A DNA stretch of 64,000 nucleotides, taken from sequence record PQ657772.1. One strand, 5' to 3'. This document shows positions 54,269-63,081 of the stretch, one piece after another. The notes under the pieces are model-generated. The model searched no databases and was not told the DNA's origin. It saw only the letters and a list, made by a program, of their open reading frames with translations. Position 1 is the first letter of the stretch, and every line of letters starts with the position of its first letter. Made by a program: the position numbers and the translations under genes.

Positions 54269-54516
54269 TGTTGTACTCCATTAATCACTGAAGTATTGAT
54301 TCGTGTTTTACCGCTGCTGTATCCAGTACTGGTATTTGCATTAGGGCAATAAACTGTATACAAGGTTACGCCAGCACCGTCCTTTTGCATACGATAAATC
54401 TTACATCCTGCTTCTTGTAATTCAATAGGGAGAATAAAATCACTTGTGCGTTCTTTGGTTGAAGCGTCACATGCAGTGAGTAAAAATGCAACGAGTACTG
54501 CTACGATATATTTCAT
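54265..54516 (-). CDS. lipoprotein
   Basis: lipobox LTAC. Confidence 0.8.
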   Translation of the reverse strand: MKYIVAVLVAFLLTACDASTKERTSDFILPIELQEAGCKIYRMQKDGAGVTLYTVYCPNANTSTGYSSGKTRINTSVINGVQQ

Positions 54517-54824
54517 TAACGAACCTCCACTTCTTGAGAAAGAGCATGAGTCAGTGCATTTGAATTCGAACTATTCATTTCACGCTGACATACAAACATA
54601 ATGGCATCTTGTACTGAACCTGCGATTTCATACTCACGGCCTTCAGGATCTGTTACCAGATGTTCAACGATACAACCACCACGCAGTACAGAAGCACCAG
54701 TACTTACACTAATCCTGTAACCTAAAAAATCAAACTGCATACATGCGTCAGTAGGTTTCATCCAATAACCGCTGTTTTGATTCAAATCGATGATTACAAA
54801 ACCTTGAGTGTTAGTTTGAAACAT
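54516..54824 (-). CDS. hypothetical protein
   Basis: GAGGA RBS; promoter 54918-54945. Confidence 0.8.
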   Translation of the reverse strand: MFQTNTQGFVIIDLNQNSGYWMKPTDACMQFDFLGYRISVSTGASVLRGGCIVEHLVTDPEGREYEIAGSVQDAIMFVCQREMNSSNSNALTHALSQEVEVR

Positions 54825-54948
54825 AGTTAATTCCTCATTTAATTTAAAAGGGCGGGAACGCAGTGACGAGTACGATTATGCTGTCTTTCCTTTCACTGCA
54901 TTCCCTTTGATATAAACATTATACAGTACTGATATCTTATGTCAAGTA

Positions 54949-55032
54949 TTAATCACCAAAAATCATCAGATACCCAAACCAACCCACACAGACGACTAAG
55001 CTAACAATACCAAAGACAATCTCTAAAGTCAT
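54949..55032 (-). CDS. 27-aa single-TM peptide
   Basis: hand-translated MTLEIVFGIVSLVVCVGWFGYLMIFGD; AAGGA RBS. Confidence 0.55.
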   Translation of the reverse strand: MTLEIVFGIVSLVVCVGWFGYLMIFGD

Positions 55033-55041
55033 GTTGCATCC

Positions 55042-55242
55042 TTAATCAATGATTTTATATTCACGATGACCATAGAATCCAGCCTCAAGGATGCGATTAC
55101 CATCAGCATCTTCCAAATCCCACCCACGGGATGTTTCGGCAATAATAGTCATGATGTGACCTCTTGGGAAAATTCCACTCAAGGTGGATACATCCTCAAG
55201 TAATTGAACCTTCTTACCAACATTCGAATTTGATTTAAACAT
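55042..55242 (-). CDS. hypothetical protein
   Basis: AAGGG RBS. Confidence 0.75.
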   Translation of the reverse strand: MFKSNSNVGKKVQLLEDVSTLSGIFPRGHIMTIIAETSRGWDLEDADGNRILEAGFYGHREYKIID

Positions 55243-55251
55243 ACTTTACCC

Positions 55252-55434
55252 TTATTCGTTGATTACGTCAAGTACTTTGTCCAGTTTCTTACCAATACTA
55301 TCCTTTGGTTTATCACTATTCTGGAATACATTAGTACTGCAATACTCAGGACGGGTATTAGGGAACTTCTCGTTCATCCAGGAGTGACCATATACACCAA
55401 GAATGATACCTACGATAAGAATGATGATTTGCAT
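55252..55434 (-). CDS. small membrane-anchored protein
   Basis: N-terminal TM; GAGGA RBS. Confidence 0.75.
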   Translation of the reverse strand: MQIIILIVGIILGVYGHSWMNEKFPNTRPEYCSTNVFQNSDKPKDSIGKKLDKVLDVINE

Positions 55435-55448
55435 GATATATCCTCTAA

Positions 55449-56243
55449 TTAAATTACATATGGTTTATAGTAATGAATCTCGTTTGCGATTGCAGTGAAA
55501 ACTTTATTATTAAATCTTTCACCATAATCACGAAGTGATTCACCTTCTTCGCTTTCAATAAAGTAATTATATACTGGTAGACGTGCGGTGTCAACACCTA
55601 TAAATGATTTCATGTAAATTTGTACTAAACGATTCATTCCTTCATTTAAGCATTGCACCTCAAAGTGCTTGATACCTTTGTCTAAATGTTTGAATGCATT
55701 AATGATACCACGTTTAAAATCACTCTGCATAGTACTGAATAGATTCTCAGGGAACACTGTAATAGGTGACATTGATTTAAGAATGTATGTATCTTTAGCA
55801 TTCTTAATATACTCAATGAAGCAGTAGTTAACGTCAGGCTCGATAGAACGATCAGCGTTATGATACCAGTGCTTAAACTCACTGTACTCAGCAAACTTAT
55901 GCTGGCGTAATGCGTTACAATCCTCACACAATGCAGTCATGTTCTCTTTATCATTACCGCCCTGAAGACAGTCCAGTACATTATGGTCTAACGTCATGCG
56001 TACAAGGCGTTTCCCTTTAAGTACATAAGGTCTGAATTTATAACGGTCTTTAGTACTGTGCTTATGTAAAGTGAATACCACATTGGATTCACCACAACAA
56101 TCACATTTAAAGCCATCACGTGACATTACATGAATGAGTTTTCGAGTATTTGGTCCGAACTCAGATTTAGTAATGTTGCCGACAATTTCTGATGGGTCGT
56201 AGTATTTTGAATTCCGGCGAATCAATTCATCTATAGTGCTCAT
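55449..56243 (-). CDS. HNH endonuclease
   Basis: RDGFKCDCCG..MTLDHN..GGNDKENMTALCEDCN; start moved to MSTID. Confidence 0.8.
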   Translation of the reverse strand: MSTIDELIRRNSKYYDPSEIVGNITKSEFGPNTRKLIHVMSRDGFKCDCCGESNVVFTLHKHSTKDRYKFRPYVLKGKRLVRMTLDHNVLDCLQGGNDKENMTALCEDCNALRQHKFAEYSEFKHWYHNADRSIEPDVNYCFIEYIKNAKDTYILKSMSPITVFPENLFSTMQSDFKRGIINAFKHLDKGIKHFEVQCLNEGMNRLVQIYMKSFIGVDTARLPVYNYFIESEEGESLRDYGERFNNKVFTAIANEIHYYKPYVI

Positions 56244-56244
56244 T

Positions 56245-56472
56245 TTATATTTCTCCAGCAAGACACTCAAAAGTGACTTTTTTAACTTCGATAACTCGTA
56301 CCAAATAGTATCCATGAAAGAAATTAAAACCAATCATTTGTGATAATGCATCTGCTTCAGATTTTGCACGGATACATGATAGATATAGTTCTCGTATATC
56401 GCCATCCAACGATGCTTGTTTCTCGTCATTGATAACAATAGAACGAATCTCAAAACGAACACCATAACTCAT
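56245..56472 (-). CDS. hypothetical protein
   Basis: ATGA-coupled ORF. Confidence 0.7.
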   Translation of the reverse strand: MSYGVRFEIRSIVINDEKQASLDGDIRELYLSCIRAKSEADALSQMIGFNFFHGYYLVRVIEVKKVTFECLAGEI

Positions 56473-56678
56473 TCTGTTTGTCCAACAATTAGTTTTTCTT
56501 TAGTATTACTATTGTAACACCACATTAATTCTTCACCAACTGTTCTAAGTGAAACGCTGTTTACTTGTTCATACGTACTGTCACGTACTGCAATGCATTG
56601 ATTCATTGAATTCATTGGGGTGATTTGTACACCAGATTGTGGTGAAAGAGCAATAATTAAAAAGATTACTGAATTCAT
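56469..56678 (-). CDS. small two-Cys protein
   Basis: GAGGA RBS; promoter 56743-56771. Confidence 0.75.
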   Translation of the reverse strand: MNSVIFLIIALSPQSGVQITPMNSMNQCIAVRDSTYEQVNSVSLRTVGEELMWCYNSNTKEKLIVGQTE

Positions 56679-56809
56679 TAGATATTCCTCAATGGTTAAT
56701 CATCCATCTCTTCGAGATGTCTGTTCGCTTCTAATACTACGTATTCTACGCGAATGAATCATAACTGTCAAGGACTTTTAATATTGACGGGATTTGAGGA
56801 AGGGATTTT

Positions 56810-57235
56810 TCTTCCCCCCGCACGGAGGGAAATTTGACGCTGATGGTATCAGAGCTATTGCATTGAAGATTACTCATAACGAGTGCGAAAGCGGGTCATC
56901 CTGTTTCTCTCTACTTCAGTTTCATATGACGGTCTACACTTTTAAACATAGTGTATCTTCATTAAGTATCTATGCAATCAAATACTTAATGTGAGTACTC
57001 AAATTTTGGACGCAACTTTCCTGTACAAAATTCGATAACTCTCCCTTAGATAATTCGTAAGGTGTTATCCTTATATGTCTATCGAGGAACCACCAGCTAT
57101 CCTAACGTGGTTCTTTATACAGCCGCATTGCCGTGAGGGGTTCAAACTATGCCCACATCTAACGGGTTTCTTTTGCTGTTCGCTACAATGAAAAGCTCAT
57201 CTATCCTTTACATTTTCAAGTGAAGTAGGGGAAGA
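56810..57235. ncRNA. candidate large structured non-coding RNA (~430 nt)
   Basis: no credible ORF; TCTTCCCC/GGGGAAGA closing stem; several internal stems; GNRA loops on +. Confidence 0.5.
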
Positions 57236-57305
57236 TTGTCAGTACCAGTACTGTCATTGTGATTGTACATAGATCATTGTATCACCATTAATAAATTTGT
57301 CCCAT

Positions 57306-57333
57306 AAAAAAAGGCTGACCGAAGTCAACCCTT
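57306..57333 (-). terminator. TTCG-loop terminator after the sigma factor (no -10 box)
   Basis: GGGTTGAC-TTCG-GTCAGCCTTTTTTT. Confidence 0.85.
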
Positions 57334-57338
57334 TAATC

Positions 57339-58307
57339 TTAAAAATCTTCGAACTCATAACCTTTTGTCTTAACCATCTTACGCAGTCGTTCCATTGCTT
57401 CAGAGTACTTACGGTGCAATGAAGAACGAGCAGTCATGACCTTACCCTTCTCATCTTCAAAACCACTCTCAATGATTTCTCGTAGCGTTTCTGGTTCAGA
57501 ATAAGAACCAATACCATGTACACGTTCAATCAATTCACGGTCTTTGGCAGATAGGTTACTCATCATTTCTGCAATACTTTGTACCAGTGGGGTACTGACA
57601 GTTTCTACGCCTAAGTTGTAATCAGGTTCAACTGAAGTAACAATGTCAGATAATGTACTTTCTGAATCATTACTCATTTTCATATTCAATGCTACATAAG
57701 TGTTATTGTAAGTTAGACAATTCTTAACGTGTTGAATCTCAATACCAGTCTCTTTTGACACCATCTCAGGAGTTGGGTATTTACCATGTTTCCTTTGATA
57801 CTCTTCTACACAACGTTTCACATAAATGTTATTAACACTCATATAACGTGGGAAATGCACTAGATAATTAGCATCTGCACTTTCGTTATAGATTGTCATG
57901 TACACAGTTGTTGTTGCATATGTAATGAACTTGACATTTTTGGTAGTGTCGAACGTATGAATTGCTCGCATTAAACCTTCAACACCATAAGAAATCTTAT
58001 CTTCAAATGGGATGAAACATGTACACTTACGTGCAACACTTACTACCATTGGATAGTTGTAGCGAACCAAAAGGTCAATGTTCTTTTCAACGTCAATACC
58101 ATCACGCACTGCTTGGATTAACATTTCATTCGTTAGACCTTTAGGTCGGGTTAAGCTGATACCAGTTTTTGGCTTCTCAAACTTGTGACCGTCATGTTCT
58201 TCTTCTTCTTCGACGGAATCAAGAGCCTCTAATACGTTGACTTCTTCACTAGCAAAACACTCATCCAGTACTTCTTCAGAAATTGCATTTAAATCAAGCT
58301 TTTTCAC
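57339..58307 (-). CDS. sigma70-family RNA polymerase sigma factor
   Basis: region 2 EDKISYGVEGLMRAIHTFD..KFITYAT; region 3 PTPEMVSKETG; region 4 LSAKDRELI..TLREI; GTG start, AGGAG RBS. Confidence 0.9.
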   Translation of the reverse strand: MKKLDLNAISEEVLDECFASEEVNVLEALDSVEEEEEHDGHKFEKPKTGISLTRPKGLTNEMLIQAVRDGIDVEKNIDLLVRYNYPMVVSVARKCTCFIPFEDKISYGVEGLMRAIHTFDTTKNVKFITYATTTVYMTIYNESADANYLVHFPRYMSVNNIYVKRCVEEYQRKHGKYPTPEMVSKETGIEIQHVKNCLTYNNTYVALNMKMSNDSESTLSDIVTSVEPDYNLGVETVSTPLVQSIAEMMSNLSAKDRELIERVHGIGSYSEPETLREIIESGFEDEKGKVMTARSSLHRKYSEAMERLRKMVKTKGYEFEDF

Positions 58308-58329
58308 TTACTTCTCCTAATGAATGAAA

Positions 58330-58827
58330 TCAAAAACGGTATACATTAATATTATCATCGGTATAGATATCATGGTTATGAACATCCATGAAGGTATCAA
58401 ATACCTTATCAAGAAGAGTATTATACTCTTCATGTACTGCTGCATCAAGCATGTATTCACCACCACTACCCATAAAGAATGTATAATCATTATGGAGATA
58501 ATCAATCTTCTTGGTAAACTTACCCTTATTAACGATTAAGTGAATGATGTAATCTTTTGACACAAGAACACAGTGACAACTCGCCTTGCGGTCTGGTATC
58601 ACAGTCTCTTGTGAAATCAAGTATCTCAGTACTTTGTTAATTTCACTAACCTCACCGCAAGCACTAAACAGTCGGTCGTGTACATACAATGTTTTTTGTG
58701 AAACTACACCATAACTAAGTTTTGGCTTCAACGGGAATAGGTTCAAAAATGAACGTTGCTCAGTTGATGTCACTTTTGAATCAGTAAGTAATACTCCCAA
58801 GCGTTTATCAATATAAACAGTCGTCAT
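58330..58827 (-). CDS. HslV/proteasome-beta-like Ntn protease
   Basis: MTT start, TDSKVT, GSGG, late D..T. Confidence 0.65.
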   Translation of the reverse strand: MTTVYIDKRLGVLLTDSKVTSTEQRSFLNLFPLKPKLSYGVVSQKTLYVHDRLFSACGEVSEINKVLRYLISQETVIPDRKASCHCVLVSKDYIIHLIVNKGKFTKKIDYLHNDYTFFMGSGGEYMLDAAVHEEYNTLLDKVFDTFMDVHNHDIYTDDNINVYRF

Positions 58828-58828
58828 A

Positions 58829-59248
58829 TTAAACCTTATCTAAAAATTTATCATAGATATAATATTCTTTATCGTTGAATACATTAATTCCAGGATCGAA
58901 GCGTTGAAGTGTATTCATGTATAATGAACTTTTTAAATAAAAATACAATGCAACAAATTCAGATATATGCATATTCTTTTTATTATTACATAAATTCTTT
59001 AGCATTTTAATGCTATCAAAATCATCTTTATCATATCTGTACTGGAAAAAATTGTATCTATTTGAAAGGCACTCATAGATGCGAAGTGCCATTATATCAA
59101 TACATGCTTGAGATTTACAGTACTTATTCAATACAGGGTAATCACCAGTACATAATGCTACGAAGATTTTATGTGCAAGTGTTGCTTTGCCTTCAATCGT
59201 ATAATAGCCAAAAAATTTAATGATTAAGTAATGTATAAATCTAAGCAT
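58829..59248 (-). CDS. hypothetical protein
   Basis: ORF in operon. Confidence 0.7.
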   Translation of the reverse strand: MLRFIHYLIIKFFGYYTIEGKATLAHKIFVALCTGDYPVLNKYCKSQACIDIMALRIYECLSNRYNFFQYRYDKDDFDSIKMLKNLCNNKKNMHISEFVALYFYLKSSLYMNTLQRFDPGINVFNDKEYYIYDKFLDKV

Positions 59249-59253
59249 TGGAT

Positions 59254-59514
59254 TTAGAATTTCTCCGAAATTACAAGTGTATCATCATAGTCATCAGCAA
59301 CGGAGTTCAGTACTTTCAAATTACTTTCACCAGAAATACTTTGTACTTCGTTCAAAAGATAGTTTAGATCAACTTTAGTTACTTTTTCTGAATCAAACAC
59401 ACAGAAAGTCAATTCAGCGTTTGGACAGATCTTCTTCAGATTATCAGCAACAACTTGTTTGAAGTTAAAAGATGGGGAAGCAACCAGGTTAACTGCAACG
59501 AGAATAGATTTCAT
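59254..59514 (-). CDS. hypothetical protein
   Basis: AAGGA RBS; promoter 59554-59582. Confidence 0.75.
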   Translation of the reverse strand: MKSILVAVNLVASPSFNFKQVVADNLKKICPNAELTFCVFDSEKVTKVDLNYLLNEVQSISGESNLKVLNSVADDYDDTLVISEKF

Positions 59515-59588
59515 AATGTTTTCCTTTTTAGCTGATAATTAAATTAGGAGCACATTGTACTCCATGTTATTGGTTAAGTCAAATACTT

Positions 59589-59840
59589 TTAGATACCGAG
59601 TGCCGAATTTAATTCTTTACGCTTATTGTATGAATCAGATTCAATCTTACTTTTCTTGTTGAAAAGGGATTCGATATCCTTATAGATTGCTTCGATAGAT
59701 TTAGTTACTACCCATTCGGATTCCTGAATCATAGCTTGAAGACGTGCGTACTCAACTTTGATAGTACTGCGAAGTTCTTCACAAGCTTCTTCGTTCTTAA
59801 TTAGTGCTTCACTAAGTTCTTTGACCTTATCGATGTTCAT
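59589..59840 (-). CDS. coiled-coil hypothetical protein
   Basis: AAGGA RBS; promoter 59875-59903. Confidence 0.75.
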   Translation of the reverse strand: MNIDKVKELSEALIKNEEACEELRSTIKVEYARLQAMIQESEWVVTKSIEAIYKDIESLFNKKSKIESDSYNKRKELNSALGI

Positions 59841-59899
59841 AAGTTCCTTACCATTTCCCAGTTTTGATGTAATAATTATATATCTCTCAATAACTCACG

Positions 59900-60325
59900 T
59901 CAACTGTTTTCCGTACCTTTCTCTGCCATTTTGGTGATGTGCCATTTGAGTACTGATTTGTGTACCATAAAAAATGTGAATGCAAAGACTGTAATGGCTG
60001 CTGAAGTAACACTATTAGATAAAGACCCAAGTTGGATGTTAGTACCTAAAATAACAATAAATGGATACAACACAATCAATCTACTGTAAGGTTCGTCTCC
60101 AGTATCACGGATAAATCCAAGCCTTTCATGATCAGTATCCATAGTGACAATTGGACAGAACATAAGTGCAGACATAACAGCAATACCAATTTGTGCTACA
60201 TTGGCAATTGTAAACCACAAAGGATTTAAACCATATGAAATGTTGTTTTCAGTACAGTAATATCCAAATGTATTGATTGCACAAACTAAAAATACAAAAA
60301 TACAAATCTTATTGTATCCCCTCAT
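59900..60325 (-). CDS. membrane protein
   Basis: 4 hydrophobic segments. Confidence 0.8.
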   Translation of the reverse strand: MRGYNKICIFVFLVCAINTFGYYCTENNISYGLNPLWFTIANVAQIGIAVMSALMFCPIVTMDTDHERLGFIRDTGDEPYSRLIVLYPFIVILGTNIQLGSLSNSVTSAAITVFAFTFFMVHKSVLKWHITKMAEKGTENS

Positions 60326-60744
60326 TTGTTTAGCTCCGTTAATTTTCGTTTAACTTCAAGATCATAATACTCATCAGCATATGAGTTTTGAACAGTTCTT
60401 GTATATTCCAACATAACAAACATAGAACCACACACCCACAGATAAGTATAGTAATCAAATACAAAAGCATAGATAATACATGGTATTAAAATAAATGTAA
60501 ACACAAAACTATATCTCTTAGTACCGAATACTTTAACAAAAAGCAGACGGCGGCAATCACGTGCAAATGTATGAATACATATAGAAAATATAATCAATGA
60601 ATACCATGAAATGCCCTGAATTACACCTGAAACATTTACAAGTTTATGTCCGTCTGGAAACCCCAGTGCATTAAGCACTGGAGCCATAACCCAACCAATA
60701 ATAGCAATAAGAAATAGATACTTTGCATTGCTAAGTGTGAACAT
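60322..60744 (-). CDS. membrane protein
   Basis: start moved to MFTL (TAATG overlap); 4 TM. Confidence 0.75.
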   Translation of the reverse strand: MFTLSNAKYLFLIAIIGWVMAPVLNALGFPDGHKLVNVSGVIQGISWYSLIIFSICIHTFARDCRRLLFVKVFGTKRYSFVFTFILIPCIIYAFVFDYYTYLWVCGSMFVMLEYTRTVQNSYADEYYDLEVKRKLTELNK

Positions 60745-61202
60745 TATTTCAGTCCCCATGCCTTTTTAATAGCATCCACTGCGTTCTGGTCTACGACTTC
60801 CTGTTTAGTAGCACTGGTTTGTAGTTTATCAATTACATAGTTCTTAGCATCTTTTTCAATCATAAACTTACCATCAACTAAACACCCAAATACTTTAGAG
60901 TTACGTGCTGGATATGTCCCGATTTCATCAAGAGTACGAACTTTCTTATCAACTACAATTGCTTTGATGTAACCAGTTTCCAGTACTGTAGTGATGACAG
61001 TCATTTCGATTGCAATTGGTGACTCTTCCCAGAATGCAATCCACTTGGTGAAGCTGCGGTCCGGTGAATCTTTTGTTGGCTTCAGTTTAATTGCACTGTT
61101 GAAAATGTACTGCTTGAATCCATCTTCAACCACTTCACTGATACTTAGGTAACCTTCGCGTTCTTCTGCGTTGCGTTTGAATTGAGTAGCTAATACGTCC
61201 AT
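60744..61202 (-). CDS. hypothetical protein
   Basis: GAGGA RBS. Confidence 0.8.
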   Translation of the reverse strand: MDVLATQFKRNAEEREGYLSISEVVEDGFKQYIFNSAIKLKPTKDSPDRSFTKWIAFWEESPIAIEMTVITTVLETGYIKAIVVDKKVRTLDEIGTYPARNSKVFGCLVDGKFMIEKDAKNYVIDKLQTSATKQEVVDQNAVDAIKKAWGLK

Positions 61203-61255
61203 CGTTAAATCCTCTTGTCAGTTATTGCGGTACGAAGCTATTATACTGCCATTTA

Positions 61256-61699
61256 CTATTTGGAGTCAACACATTTCAACAAGTATTTTTCTATGTATCT
61301 TATATGTGATGGTGGTAACAGTAAGTTTTCGTATCTAACCCTGTACACACTACAATCACCTAGATGAAAGTGACTGGTAGGATACAAGTCAGTTCTAATA
61401 CTAACACGTTTACGATTATCAGTAAAGTTAATTAATGATTTTGGATTGTTATTAGCATGAGTTCTTACAAAGTATTCAATTTCATTGAGTGCTTTTTCGT
61501 CGTATACATACTTGTCAAACACACCTAGTGTAAAGTACCTTGGATGGTACATATATGAGAATAACAATGCAGGAATATACTTCTTTATCCCTTCGTGTTT
61601 TGCAATAGCTGAAGCATATGCAAAATGTGATGCATCAGAGAAGATGTTAAGAAAAATGAAATATGACACTAATAAACCTAGAATCAGCAAAAGTGTCAT
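61256..61699 (-). CDS. membrane-anchored hypothetical protein
   Basis: N-terminal TM; GAGG RBS. Confidence 0.75.
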   Translation of the reverse strand: MTLLLILGLLVSYFIFLNIFSDASHFAYASAIAKHEGIKKYIPALLFSYMYHPRYFTLGVFDKYVYDEKALNEIEYFVRTHANNNPKSLINFTDNRKRVSIRTDLYPTSHFHLGDCSVYRVRYENLLLPPSHIRYIEKYLLKCVDSK

Positions 61700-62160
61700 T
61701 CAAAACCTCTGTATTTTTCATATACTTCAACACATTCCATGATCTTGTCATCATCGGTCATGTCATAACCCTGAAGAAATTCTTCTTTATCAACCTTAGC
61801 AGCCATCATGTCATCATCCGAGATCCTCGAATCATAGAATGTGTACATATCTTTATAGTACTGCTTGTTGTGCTGTTCATCCTTAACCTTAGCATACCCA
61901 GCACAAAACGATGGCGATTTGACTACATTCCATTTATGCTTTTTGATAGGCTTATCATTAGCATGTTTTTCACGGTATTGCTGGCGGTAACGTTCACGCA
62001 TCTCAGGCATGTATTCTTCAGCAGTACGTTTTGGTTGGGCTTTCCCTGTTCCAATCGTCTTGATTGTTTGACGCTGGTCTTCCGCATGTACTGGTGCAAC
62101 AAAGCAGGAAGTACTGAATACAACAGCAGTGATTACTAGAAAGTGTTTAAACATAATCAA
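61696..62160 (-). CDS. exported protein
   Basis: signal peptide ending PVHA; GGAGG RBS. Confidence 0.75.
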   Translation of the reverse strand: MIMFKHFLVITAVVFSTSCFVAPVHAEDQRQTIKTIGTGKAQPKRTAEEYMPEMRERYRQQYREKHANDKPIKKHKWNVVKSPSFCAGYAKVKDEQHNKQYYKDMYTFYDSRISDDDMMAAKVDKEEFLQGYDMTDDDKIMECVEVYEKYRGFE

Positions 62161-62384
62161 ACCTCTTTTACAATAATGTCGATTTGCACAGGAATAGCAA
62201 TCTCACTGTTGCATGAATAAACATCGGCACAGTACTCAATATCTAGTACTTCATAGTATTTTTCAAAGCCACAGATTGTAAGATTCAACGTAGCACCAAT
62301 AGCTGGCAATACGGGAAAGGATAAAAATGCAATTTTAGAATTAAATTCTTCATTAATATCTTGATATACAGTGGCAGTAATCAT
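62157..62384 (-). CDS. hypothetical protein
   Basis: GGAG RBS; ATGA overlap. Confidence 0.75.
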   Translation of the reverse strand: MITATVYQDINEEFNSKIAFLSFPVLPAIGATLNLTICGFEKYYEVLDIEYCADVYSCNSEIAIPVQIDIIVKEV

Positions 62385-62965
62385 AATGGTAACTCCTGAA
62401 GTGGTTTAATAATACTCAGTACTGGGTGATTTTCAATCATTGGTCGCCCTGGTACACCTGTTAGCACAACTGGAATCGAACTAATGTCTTTTACATAGTT
62501 GAATCCCTCAAATGTGAATTCTTGCTTTTTCTCATTATACAATACCCACAGAATAACGTCAGCTTTTTTCTGTATATTTTTTAACTGTCGAGTACTAACA
62601 CATGGTCCAAAGTCGGTCCACGATTTGTACTTGATACCTTTCACTTCAATTCTTAAGTTGTTTACTTTGATATCACATTCCCCATCACGTCCATCACTTT
62701 GGAACGCTGGATCGATGTTAAGTGCAATACCTGAATAGTTTTCAATTTCATTAAAAAGTACAAATGAAGCATGTTCACATACCATACCAACAAAATGACT
62801 GTGAGCGTGATTAAACCCATACGGCGATTTACTTGCAGGTGCAAGAATTTTATATCGTTCGGATTTCTCAATTGCTTTAGCCATAAAAGAATCAGCTTCA
62901 TCTTTGTATAGCTTAACAGTCATTTTACCATTTTTCAGTACTAAACGTTTTTCTACAACACTCAT
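62381..62965 (-). CDS. PD-(D/E)XK nuclease-like protein
   Basis: GMVCE..DGECDIKVNNLRIEVKG; AGGGG RBS; promoter 62993-63021. Confidence 0.65.
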   Translation of the reverse strand: MSVVEKRLVLKNGKMTVKLYKDEADSFMAKAIEKSERYKILAPASKSPYGFNHAHSHFVGMVCEHASFVLFNEIENYSGIALNIDPAFQSDGRDGECDIKVNNLRIEVKGIKYKSWTDFGPCVSTRQLKNIQKKADVILWVLYNEKKQEFTFEGFNYVKDISSIPVVLTGVPGRPMIENHPVLSIIKPLQELPL

Positions 62966-63044
62966 AAAATCCCCTTATTGATATTCCATTTAAGTATACG
63001 TCAAAAACACAACTCAGTCAAGGTGCTTTTTTACCTATCTAGAA

Positions 63045-63059
63045 TAAATACGTTATAAT
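63045..63059 (+). promoter_or_regulatory. TAAATA-N3-TATAAT promoter
   Basis: same motif as upstream of the propeller genes. Confidence 0.65.
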
Positions 63060-63081
63060 AATTATACCAATGGAGGGATGA

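Noticed and set aside
56810-57235. Group I/II intron, RNase P, hammerhead or retron ncRNA
   Set aside because: It does not interrupt a gene. GTGCG, AGCCG and AGGAAAG are present but without a proper domain V, P7 or CR-I/CR-V context; CTGATGG is not CUGANGA; no RT nearby.
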